Positions 13,421 through 24,276 of a DNA stretch of 64,000 nucleotides are shown here, piece after piece. The translations under genes were made by a program, and so were the position numbers. Numbering within the stretch: the stretch's first letter is position 1; every line of letters begins with the position of its first letter. The notes beneath the pieces are model-generated. The model made no database searches and was not told where the DNA came from. It saw only the letters and a list, made by a program, of their open reading frames with translations. This stretch comes from Fistulifera solaris (Eukaryota): positions 372,001-436,000 of the forward strand of contig AP026146.1 in assembly GCA_030295235.1 (NCBI GenBank), in the 5' to 3' direction.

Positions 13421-13933
13421 TTATGAATAAAGGGCCATGGAGGACACACCTATAGATGCCATCGAAAGACCTTTCACGAAATTTTTCCCAGAAAAAATCC
13501 GCCGGAATTTCCTTTTCGTCGTATCCACAACTGCACCTACAGATCCGGTCGACGATGATATTTCTCGTTGTTTCCGAATCTTCTGAACTTCCTTCTCGGC
13601 AGCCCGGACTTCTTCTTCAGAGAATCCCCAAACATTGAGTAGCAAATTTTTTCGAGTGATGCTGCTCATGCGCAAACTGCGCTTCGATTCCGGCTTGGAG
13701 CTTTCAAATTCATCAATATGAAGTGTAGGATTTTCCACAAACTCATTCCCCAAAGCAACGGGTGGACCGACTTTCGTTTCTGGATGCTCGCCAACGATCC
13801 GATTGAATTCGCGGACGGAGACTGTGCCGAACGAGACAGATTTCTTGTAGCGCGCTTCCGCCAGACTTGCTAGTGATGAGCAGGAGCTTTGTGATGGAAT
13901 TAATTCAACAGGATTGATATCTCGTGGACTCAT
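13421..13933 (-). CDS. Conserved-looking hypothetical protein (170 aa)
   Basis: Intact ORF with ATG after a CAA-rich leader. The motif 'VSFGTVSVREFNRIVGEHP...GPPVALG' is typical of a common diatom uncharacterised family. Confidence 0.75.
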   Translation of the reverse strand: MSPRDINPVELIPSQSSCSSLASLAEARYKKSVSFGTVSVREFNRIVGEHPETKVGPPVALGNEFVENPTLHIDEFESSKPESKRSLRMSSITRKNLLLNVWGFSEEEVRAAEKEVQKIRKQREISSSTGSVGAVVDTTKRKFRRIFSGKNFVKGLSMASIGVSSMALYS

Positions 13934-14622
13934 AGTTGTTGTTGTTTAATCTTTCGTTTTATGATTTCCTGGTGAAACGGCGAGGGCGCAAAATAGTTCG
14001 TGCCAACCTCGGGCCTTTCAGGTGAAAAAGTGAAAACAGTTCCTGGTCTACGTAGAGCTCTGTAGAAATGCTACCGCTGAACGCATCGGTGGACGAATCG
14101 TGCACCTCGTCAGCCTACAGTTTCGATCTACTATCATTTGATCCAGGAACTTCCAGCTCAGCAGCAGGGTCCCAACACGTCGTCTGCCAGCTGCCGGATT
14201 CAATTGGGACTGAGTCATAATTCGCAGTCATGAGTCAGGAACGGTCATCTATGGAGCGACAAATTTTTCGCAAAAGTCATAATAGTGTGCTCTATTACTC
14301 ATTAGATCTATCAACACAATGATCACTCGCCATTCACACCGGCAAACTCGTCTGTCATTATACTCCAGCTGACAACTTCAAAGATAGGGCAAATGTCGAC
14401 TACCTGGTATTGCACACGGTCATTGCTCTTTTCATTCCGGCTAATGCAGCCATCCCAAAACAATTAATTTTCTCAAGCGGTTGAATTTGTTTGAAGTAAT
14501 CATCATTTATCATTCCGTTCCAGTTCGTGCTTGAGCGATTGCTCTGTGAGGCTGCTTCCAGTATTGTCAATTGCTGCAGTTACTGCGCCGAGAAGTGCTG
14601 TGCCGTCTTATGGGTTGTTTTA

Positions 14623-15848
14623 CTATACAATGGAAGACAACTGTTTCAGAGGTGATGGCTCCGCCGGGGCACAGTAGCGTCTTTCGTTGCGCAAATAAGT
14701 AAAGGCTAGAAACCCCAAGACGCTCGTCAGCAATCCGAGCGCACCGATCCATGTCATGGGCACACCAAAGAAGATGCAGGTTGCGGCAATGGCAAAGAGG
14801 CGTCTTAAACAACCCAATGAGGAATATTGTAGAACCGAAAGCTTACTTAAACAATACGTGGATGCCCAGCTGGAGAGGTTACCGTGAGAATCGTCGAAAC
14901 TCTGTATCATAAGCAATCATACCTTTGATGGCACTTACTTATAGCTCACATAGCAAATACTGTTGATCAATGACAGTCGAATATAGTAAAGACAATCGAT
15001 ATGTGATGTCGTCCATAGAAGCCTCCAGATAAATGGAGCATAGCCAATCAGGGCGGGTACCGAGAGAACGGCAGCTCCCATTTGTTGAAATCGACACAAC
15101 AGATTGGCGTCATCGATTTGTAATGCCACACTAGAGGCCCTATACCTCTTTTGAAACATACAGCGAAAGGCAAAACACAAATTGGCAATCGTCACAATGA
15201 GTGATCCACAGACTAGTTGCGATTGGGTCGGCAAAGTCTCGAGCGTTGGATTGCCCCACGTACTTAACACGATGCCTCCCATCAGGAATGTGAGCGCCAC
15301 GGCTTCGAGAGAAGTGACATGGTCAATCTTCCACGCCAAGGCCACCGCCGTTGTAAACAAAGGATCCGTCGATTTGATGGTTTCCACGTAGGACGCTGCC
15401 GCGTGGCTAAATCCTGTATTCGATGACAAAAAGTCCAAACTATTGAACATTCCGGCCAACCAAAAATCGGCATATTCTTGCCAGATGGTGCTGAGCGATT
15501 TTTCTGCAAAGGGGAAGGCACTAAGCAATCATTCATGGTCAAGACGAGTCGTAGAATGGTCGAGGCGCACGTCAGTTGTTGCACGGTCAACAATAACGGA
15601 GGAACATGCCAGTCGGTCAATAAGATTTTTGTTGTCACAATAGCGCCGACTCCCACAAAATACCAAACGGCAATAATCAAAAGCAGTAAGACTCGTTCAC
15701 GTCGATCCGATGAAGACGACGATATTGTATCGATGGTTGGTGAAGAATGCTCGCGAGCTGGTGTGCCTACCAGCAGCGGCCATGCCGAGCCGTCTGGTTC
15801 GGTCGTTCCTGCTTGCGGAGAATCGGATCGGCTTCGAAACATTCCCAT
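14623..15848 (-). CDS. Triose-phosphate/sugar-phosphate translocator (TPT/DMT superfamily) membrane transporter; intron ~14870-14938
   Basis: 'WYFVGVGAIVTTKILL', 'ASYVETIKSTDPLFT', 'Y|NWASTYCLSKLSVLQYSSLGCLRRLFAI'; multiple TM helices; frame break ~15478. Confidence 0.85.
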
Positions 15849-16130
15849 GGTTTGTTTTACTGATCTTTTTCAAGTGTGTTTGACTTGGTTTGGAGATAAA
15901 ATGGAAGATTATTATGTTAATGGAACGCCAAGATGTAACGTGGGAAAAGTCCTCACCAGAAAATTACCTCTCCGTCGATCTGCCATTATTTTTTCAAAAA
16001 TTCGATTTTCTCCGCCGCCTTCCGCCTTGTTTCGTCCTGGCTGTTCCGGGACTGAAGTTGAGTCGGAAAATGCCTACCCCTACTTTCTCATAGCTAGTAA
16101 AGGTGCAATCGACTTCGTTCATGGGTGCGG

Positions 16131-16173
16131 CATCATTATCATCATTATCATTATCATCATCATCATCATCATC
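16131..16173. repeat. Imperfect (ATC/ATT)n microsatellite
   Basis: catcattatcatcattatcattatcatcatcatcatcatcatc, intergenic. Confidence 0.9.
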
Positions 16174-16564
16174 AAGAGCAACTAGCAGAAACGTTCGAGG
16201 CCTCGTTTTATATCGATGGGTCTGTAATGGTTTGTATGCAGTCGTGAATTCTTCCGGGACTGCAAATTGGTGAGTCATAAAATGTTGATGTTCTACTCTT
16301 TGGTAACAAGCCTGTCGGATCGGGACTTGGAAGATCTTCGGTCGAGCTGACAACCCGCGCGATGAATGATGCGTTGACGAGGAATGACAATGATAACATC
16401 CTAATAACTACTACGTATTCCATGAAGAAAGAAATACTTTTATACTTGTTTGTGATTCTTCTATAAAAAAAATAGTCATCAAATAGTTCAGTCTCGGAAA
16501 CCCCCCGAAACGATAATTACCGCAACAAAGGTACAATTTTCTGCAAAAAGCCAACAAAAGCAAA

Positions 16565-17718
16565 ATGCCAACAACAACGGGAGGCTGGGGCGATGAATCG
16601 TCTTCCGGTTCGGAAGATGAGGCTCCTATGGAACCGGAAATAAAAACGTCATCTCTGCAACATCAGCAAGCGGTCGGACGAGGAGGAAGACAACATCATC
16701 ATGAAGGAGGAAGACAACATCATCACGAAGGAGGAAGAGGACGACGTTCACCGGCTCGCGGAGATCGTTCGGGGCGAGGAACGGCTCGGGGAGGTCGTGT
16801 ACATCACGAGGACTGGAAAACGGCAGCCAAACAAGCCTCCATTCTTCCGGCAAGTGCGCCACCGGTCGATGGCTCTAGCTGGATGGCGCAACGACAAAAG
16901 AAATTAGAGGAACAAAAACAGCAGCAAGAGCAAATGCGACGAGAACAGAAACAACAACAAGAATTGGCATCCAAGGAACGTCGGGCCAGTCAATTTCAAG
17001 CACTTCATGCGGCGGTAAAAACAATGCAACAACAGGAAACTCCACAATCTTCTTTGCAACAGGCAGCGTCGAAAGAATCTTGGAGGGAGCGGGCCTCCCA
17101 TGAAGGTACGCTGAAACCAAGCAATGCTGGCCGCGGAAGGCACGGCGGCTCGGATTCCCACACTTGGCGTGAACGGTCCGCAATTGAAGAGAAAAACAGT
17201 GAGGATAACCGATCGAAAAATTCGAAAGGGGGACGGCACGGAAAAGGAGGTCGCGGAAAACAGGCGACGAAGCCAGTAGTTCTCAAGAAGCCAGTCGAGA
17301 CTGATAACAACGATCAATCCGCATCAAAAATGAAAGTAAAATACCTGCCAGATGGATCTATTGATATAACCAAGGCAGAAAGTACAAGTAAGCAATCGAA
17401 TGAGGCTAATACATCGTCTTTGCAAAAGCTTTGCATCCGCACGAAGCAGTTGCTGGGCGAGGAAGTGGACGCGGTGGTGGTCGTGATGATACACGAAGAG
17501 GTCGCAGTGATCGAGGCGGAGGACGCGATGACCCGGGTAGAGGTCGTAGTGACCGAGGCAGAGGGCGTGATGATGCAGGTAGAGGTCGAAGTGAACGAGG
17601 TGGAGGACGCGAAGAATCGGGCAATGGCCGGGGTGGTCGAGGTCGAGGTCGTAGTGCCAAAGGGAGGGGTCGCGATGAGAAGGGAAGAGGGCGCACCAAG
17701 ACGGGTACAGACTCTTGA
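16565..17718 (+). CDS. Low-complexity Gln-rich and RGG/RG-rich putative RNA-binding protein
   Basis: ORF from 16565 with RGG boxes and a Q/E coiled coil. One frame break at ~17430 gives a C-terminus of 14-aa (42-bp) repeats 'GRGRSDRGGGRDDP'. A 24-bp duplication (GGRQHHHE x2) lies at ~16682-16729. Confidence 0.7.
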
Positions 17719-17812
17719 TCGTTCTAATTGGACTCCAACCTAGAGAGCTGGCTTGGAATGTGATGTGGCAGTACTAAAGAAAATATGATATCATTATTTA
17801 TGCGACGATCAA

Positions 17813-19117
17813 CTAATTTGTTTCGTTCCGGGCTCCTAATTGTGCAAGGTACTTTTGCGCTCGCTGTTCAAGACTTTGCGCATCCTCAATACTTCGCTGC
17901 ATCTTCAAGAAATGAAGTAACAACTGATTATATACATCCATCTTCCCTGGGTAGCAGTTGTGCAAGCAGTCGCCTTGATGAGAGCGGTGCAAGTCCGGCC
18001 TTAAGATGTTCAAGTCATAGCCGTCAATGACTTCGTACATCAAACCTGACGCATTCAATTCATGTAGAAAGAGTTGGTTTTGTTTTTGGTAATCATACCA
18101 GTGATACGTGATAGTGTGATCGTTGTAATTGTCGAGGTTGGAGATAAGCGATTCCATTGCTGCAATATCATTGACTGGTTCCGAATAATTTCCACAACCT
18201 GGATGCCCTGGGACACTGGTCCGCCAAAAGAAATGGCATTTAATATCATAATCTTCACACTTGTTTTGCCATGCTCGTATTTCCTCGATCTGATCGCGGA
18301 ATTCCCTCACCGTTCTGGTATCGTTAACCCAATGAGCACCACGATTCAGAATCAACACAGTAGGAAAATCGACATCAAACGATTCCGTCAACTTGTACAA
18401 ACGATGATCGTTGCGCCAAACAAATTTCGTCTTGTGATTACAAGCCCACTGATGATGATTCTTATTCTCAGTCTTGCTTCTGTGTTGTGAGCTTTGATAA
18501 ACTGTTTGTCCTAGAAGTTGTAATAAGGATGAATACATTTCCCAGTTCAATGAATCTCCGATGATCGATACCGTTGCAAAGGGCAGCAAATTACAGAAAT
18601 CTTGGGCATTCCAACGAGATAGTTTGCATGATTTCTCTTGAGGGACCCATTCCCAAGTTTTCCATGGTACCTGCTTGTAGTAATATTCGGGAAAGCAACG
18701 AAGATGCGACGTTCTTGAAATGTAGGGCACTTCTTCCATCTCAGCAGCTTGCCATTGACCAGTTTTGATTTGTTCTCTAGTGCAAAGGATTTCGTCTGAG
18801 GTGCTGCTCCTGTTTGTACCCCCAGACTGTGACCAGCCATTTGATGTTTTGTGAATGTCGACAGGAGGTATCGCATCAGTTTGAGCAATTTCACTTGCAG
18901 TGACAAAAGAGGGTGCAACAAGAGTAGACGTGTCGAAGGAAGAGATTGTCCACCAAGCTGCAGAAATGGACTGGTAAAACTGGAAAATCAGAAGGAAAAT
19001 TATCCCTGATATTGCCGTTTGAGTTTGAAGAAACGAAATTTCGAACGTGCGATCAGTTCTTGCCATCGTATTAACTCTTTCCACTTGATCAAGAACACCA
19101 GGGTCTAAGATAACCAC
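17813..19117 (-). CDS. Trichome-birefringence-like / PC-esterase (SGNH) O-acyltransferase, paralogue 1
   Basis: N-terminal TM anchor, 'CTREQIKTGQW', 'IIGDSL' (GDS motif), 'FWRTSVPGHPGC', 'DCLHNCYPGKMDVYN' (DxxH). Exact start uncertain. Confidence 0.85.
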   Translation of the reverse strand: MVILDPGVLDQVERVNTMARTDRTFEISFLQTQTAISGIIFLLIFQFYQSISAAWWTISSFDTSTLVAPSFVTASEIAQTDAIPPVDIHKTSNGWSQSGGTNRSSTSDEILCTREQIKTGQWQAAEMEEVPYISRTSHLRCFPEYYYKQVPWKTWEWVPQEKSCKLSRWNAQDFCNLLPFATVSIIGDSLNWEMYSSLLQLLGQTVYQSSQHRSKTENKNHHQWACNHKTKFVWRNDHRLYKLTESFDVDFPTVLILNRGAHWVNDTRTVREFRDQIEEIRAWQNKCEDYDIKCHFFWRTSVPGHPGCGNYSEPVNDIAAMESLISNLDNYNDHTITYHWYDYQKQNQLFLHELNASGLMYEVIDGYDLNILRPDLHRSHQGDCLHNCYPGKMDVYNQLLLHFLKMQRSIEDAQSLEQRAQKYLAQLGARNETN

Positions 19118-19339
19118 TTTCTTTCATGATCCATCATCTTTCCATTTTGTGCTAGAAAGCGCAAGAAGTGAGACGCTCATCATTCCAGGTAAACATCACA
19201 TCACAAACATGATCACAAATCCGCACCTTTTCTTGTAACTTGAAACGGTGAAGGCTTACAGTAATACAGTACACTGCAATAACCGTCGAGGGAGCGAGCA
19301 TGACCACACAGCTACGGTATCATCTTCTGAACTGAAAAA

Positions 19340-19504
19340 TTTCGCGCGAGCACACCCATGTGCGCGCCACAATTCTAGTGCTATTTAGGAAACATCACAT
19401 AGGCTCTCGTGCGCGTAGGTTTTCCGCGCCGTTAATGGAATTCGTCACGCCGGCGTCCTCGAGTTCAAGGTAATTGGCTCTTTTCCCTAAGTAGAATTTC
19501 CCGC
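19340..19504 (+). promoter_or_regulatory. E2F-consensus sites in a CpG-rich divergent promoter
   Basis: TTTCGCGC 19340-19347 and TTTCCCGC 19497-19504 match TTTSSCGS. A near match TTTTCCGCGCC lies at 19420-19430. Confidence 0.35.
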
Positions 19505-19715
19505 GCCTCGCTAAAATTGAAATTCAGTCGAATACAACTATACATTGCTGTATTTATATTTACACGCACGAGCCGACCGACCATACGAGACATACGAAGG
19601 GAACAACCTTCATTCAACTCTCGGCATTCTTCACATTTTGAAGACCGCTTTCTTCACGCTTTTGATCAAATTACTTGCCATCCTCATTCAACAGGCCTAC
19701 TTGAACCGCTTGATT

Positions 19716-22384
19716 ATGGAGCCATCAGCTGATAAGGCAATCGTAATTTCCAAGTCTATGTCTCACGATGAATCGATGGGTGGCAGTGAAAGCCGCGAAG
19801 AGATAACTGGCCATCGAGACAAGCACGGCGACGACCGCGACAACTCTCGAATGAAAGGCGGTAACGAAGTTTTTCCACAAAATGGCGGCCATTATGGATA
19901 TCCTCAACAGCAGCATCAGCAGCAGCAGAAAATGAACATGCGGGCCCCTTACCCGATGGTTCGCGGTAACGCGCCTCCTCCCTATGGCTTTCCCCATCAT
20001 GGTTTCATGGGCAACTCGTACGGTGGTCATCCGTCTCATTACCACGGTCACTTTCCTGTTCCACCGTATGGCGCTGGACCGTACGGGGGTGGTCATCCTG
20101 GAGCTATGAAAGCACCTGGTTACCATCCTCACCCGCATCATCATCACCCTCAGTACCAAGGCGCTCACTATGGAATACCACCGACCTACCCTCACAGCCA
20201 TCCGCAAGGTCCTGGCTACGGAAGTCAAGTTAACCCGTCCGATTCAGCTTCGATTTCAAGTAAAAGCAGCATGAACTCAAAGAAGAAGCGGACTTTCGAT
20301 GGAGTACATGTAAATAGCCTTCCGAACTCTTACTCCTTCCGCCGAACTGACAGCAACAGCAGTACAGCTAGTACGCTTACAGCTGGTAACAACACAAGCA
20401 TGGAGACAAACCAAACCGATGATTCGCAGCAAAAGCGCGACCGGGATGAAAAGTCTTTCTGGGGTTTTGAACATGGATCGGATGGATTTCGATGATCGGC
20501 ATAGTCATCATGACGTAAGAAACGGCAACCATAGACGGTCCAATTCGGGCGACTCGACCGCTTCAAGTCTCAGCGCTTGTGGTTTTAGCCTCGCATCGAT
20601 TGAAGGTCAGCATGGTACGTCAAGTGAACTAGTTATGCTTTCCGTTCGTTATCGTGCTTGTCTGACAACGCTTTACAGATGATAGCAGCAAAGCATCGAT
20701 CAAACGACAGAAAAAATTGGTTGTTGATACAAGTGTGCGCCCATCGTCGAGTTGTTCTCATTCTATTGAAGTTGACCAATCGTCCAAATTCGAACAAATG
20801 TCGATCGAACACAAGCAACTAGATTCGAACACGTCTGCAGCCAGTTCCACCAGTGGGAGAAACATTTTTCTTGCTCTGTCGTCCTCTCCGATGAATGCCG
20901 TCGATGTTGATGCTACTCCGCTGAAGACCAATACGACGAAGAAGAACGATCAAATTTTCAAAAGTAAAGGAATGCAATCAACTGGATTGGACGGACACCC
21001 TCCGTCCGACACCCCTACACCTCCTGCACATGTTGACATAGAAGACGCGGTTGTTCACGAAGACCACAACATGTTGAATCGTCATCTCAGGGGTCAATCT
21101 TTCACACCCTTGCCACATTTCTCATCAGTTAATGTTCCTGGGGCGTCTCCCTCAAACGCCGCCTTTGCTTCTATGATCAACCCACAACTCTCTTGGAGTA
21201 TTGCGGGAGATACTCCATCGCTGGCAGACTTGGCTGAATGGGAGGACGATTCTAAATCTAAGCCGCGACCCAGTTCTACCACAAGTATGGAGTCAAGAAC
21301 TCTGCCAGTCAGTCCGCACGATTTCCAAGCCTGGAAGGAGGAACATGACATGGCTGATCATGCAATGAGTGGGACGACAACGCCACTTCCAATGTTCTTT
21401 GAAAACACAAATGAGTCAAACGAAAATCGGCAGATGCCATCATCACGAAAGGCATCTTCACACGGCGATGTCCATCCCTATTTTCCTGGTAGCTCGAATG
21501 TGAAACCATTACGCCCTGACCAGCATGGTCTGTGGAATCAGACGCCAATGTTCGTCGGGTCGGACGATAACAACTACATGCCAAGTCCGCACGAGCGTGA
21601 CTATTATGCATATCACCATATGGGGCATGGCGGACCGGGTGATCGCATCAGGAATCTTCGTGGGCGTGTCCATCCTGGTCATCCCTATCATCCAATGCCT
21701 ATGCATATGGCCCCAACGATGTCCGGCCACCTTCCAATGACTTCTCCGATGGGAATGAACGGAGGAAAGGGCATGTGGAGTCCGCACCCTGGAATGCAGG
21801 GAAGTATGCCTAGTCCTCACCACATGGGCTCCCCGCTAGCTGGTATGGCTCAGTCGAAGCGAAAATGTGTTCCAATCAAGGCTCCCATTCCGTCGAAGTT
21901 CCAAGGTGATATCGAGAAAAACAAGAGTCTTCCTGTTCCTGAATTTACCAGCCTTGTCAACTTTCCTTCTCACATGTCTCAGAAGCAAGCTGTTAACCTC
22001 CCTGATGGCATGCGTTGTTGTGTTATGTGCGGACAAGCATGCCCTTGCTCAACAGGAAACAAGGGAAAGAAGGGGAAATCTAAGGAAGGCGGTCTTCCAA
22101 ACCAAAACGAACATCTCAGTGATAAAAACAGCGGATATGCCATCATTCCGTCTCAAAATAAAGGCCTGTGTACCCACTGTGATGTTAATGTCTGGGTCGT
22201 TGTTACTAGCGGCTTGGAAATCAAGTGGTGCAAAGGATGCAAAAACTTTCGGCCGTGGGCAGCCTTTGGAGATAAAGGCCTTGCTACAAAGTGTCTACGA
22301 TGCCGTGAAAGACAACGCGAGAAGTATGCTCTTCAGAAAGAAGAGAAGGACAAGTCTCGCATCGAAACAGATATCGTAGCATAA
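19716..22384 (+). CDS. Putative transcription factor: long disordered Pro/His/Gly-rich region plus C-terminal SBP-like all-Cys double zinc finger; intron 20615-20678
   Basis: C-terminus 'CVMC...KGLCTHCDVNVWVVVTSGLEIKWCKGCKNFRPWAAFGDKGLATKCLRCRERQREKY'. Frame break in the A-run ~20450; the GT-AG intron restores the frame into ORF 20717. Confidence 0.75.
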
Positions 22385-22516
22385 TGTTACACGCGAGAAG
22401 ATAGCACACAATTAACGGATTTAAACACGTTAAACAAATCATCAATGCCCTTATCCGTGATCATTGTTTTATGTACTATATACTTTATTCAATTGCTTTA
22501 GTAATTCTTCGCGTCG

Positions 22517-23798
22517 TCACCATCGAGTTACTTTGCCATGCTCCTTGAAGTTTCGAATTTTCCTCGCCGCTTCGGTGGCTTCGGGGTCGTAGACAGTCGT
22601 CTCATCAATTGGCCACTTGTTTGCCTTGGCAACGCTTTCCGCCTTCTTCACGTCACTTTTCGATCGATTCATTCGCAGAAAATGAAGCATGAGTTGATTG
22701 TATACGTCCATTTTACCCGGATAGCAATTATGTAAACAATCGTCTTGGTGCGCACGATGCTCATCGGGACGAAGCATATTCAGGTAATACGCGTCGATGA
22801 TATTATATTCAATTCCGGCCTTCTCGATTTCTTTCAGAACCAGTTCATTCTGATGTTGATAATCGTACCAATGAAAATTGATCGAGCGGTTGTTGTAAAA
22901 CGCCAAGTTGGCGACACGTTCTTCCATCAACGCCAAATCATTGACCGGTTTCGGAAAGGTGCCGCATTCGGGATGACCAGGGACACTGGTGCGCCAAAAG
23001 AAATGACATTTCATGTGGTACTTCTGATCGCAATCTTTGAGCCATTGTTTGACTTCTTGCAAGTTGTGTCGAATATCGTCTAATAAGATTGTGTCATTGA
23101 CGTAGTGCGCACCACGATTGAGCACCAAGACGGTCGGGAAGGTCGATTGAATGGCCTCCGTGACATTTTTGTAATTTGTCGTCCCGACGATAGACGACGC
23201 GAGTACGGCCTTTGCAAACCGACTGCGCAATGTTCATCTGCAATTCTCGGGATTGATGTTGATATCCTTGATGTGTCTTCAAACCATTCAATTGAATCAA
23301 CGAAGAGTAATGTTCCCACGACAGTGAATCCCCCACAATGGCGACCGTGGCTCCGCGCATCAGAGAACAAAACGTTTCTTTGTCCCAACGAGTCAAGGTA
23401 CATTTGTCATTCGGTGACCACTTGTATGTATCCCATGGACCATCTTTATAATACACTTCGTGTGGGTAACAGCGCAAATGTACGGTGGGTGTAATGTAGG
23501 GTGGTTTAGGAAGTTGTTCCTCCACCCATTTTCCGTGAATGATTTGCTCTCGGGTACAAAGTGGCTTGCGTCGTTCGTCGTTTGTTCCCTTGATTGGGTC
23601 TTTGTCGTTTGTTAAAACAAATTGTTGGTGTTCCGGAAGGATGGGATGCCGACGTAATTCTTTGGTTTCGACTGATTCGAGCGGATGTTGCTCTGATTCC
23701 TTGACATTCCATGGCACGATCCATGATGCATCAAACCAGGAAGCAGCTAGGAGGACCGAAACTAGGAGTCCAATAAAGCCACTGGCCGCTTTTGGCAT
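22517..23798 (-). CDS. Trichome-birefringence-like / PC-esterase (SGNH) O-acyltransferase, paralogue 2
   Basis: 'CTREQIIHGKW', 'IVGDSL', 'FWRTSVPGHPEC', 'DCLHNCYPGKMDVYN'; extra A at ~23166. Closely parallels 17813-19117. Confidence 0.85.
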
Positions 23799-24276
23799 GG
23801 TATCGCTATTGATTTGACGAATACGTCTTCTCAACCGCTTGTTGTCGCGCTTTCCCACCCCCACGTCGATTTTCTGTGTTCGCACGTTCTCTAGATAAAA
23901 AGGGCTTCACTCTGGTCGTTATTCGCACCAGGTATGATGCCTTCGGTAACAAGTGGTTGCTCTTTTGAATGTATGTATGTAGGTATGCGATAAACACAAT
24001 AAAACGGCTTGTGCTATTGATTTTATCTTATTTGTTTGACCTTTGGTTTCCTCCTTTTACTGGTAGTGTTATGCAGACGTGTGGCGTGCGAAAATGATGG
24101 TGCAGGACTCAACGGTCGAATGTCGAAAAACAACGGAACACGTGAGTCACGAGTCAAAGTGACGATGATTCACGATTTTAAGGGTTTACGAAAATGTCGT
24201 TCAGCAAAACTAATATTGATGTTACACCGTAACTATGTGTACAAGCATCGAGCTTATTAGGTAGTCACCATTACGT

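Noticed and set aside
15478..16353. ORFs 15478-16185 (+) and 15994-16353 (-) with poly-Ile/poly-Asp
   Set aside because: Antisense to the TPT gene or explained by the ATC microsatellite; no domain features.
17431..17743. Val/Glu-rich C-terminus of ORF 16565-17743
   Set aside because: It is the out-of-frame reading of RGG repeats; the alternative frame matches the composition of the rest of the protein.
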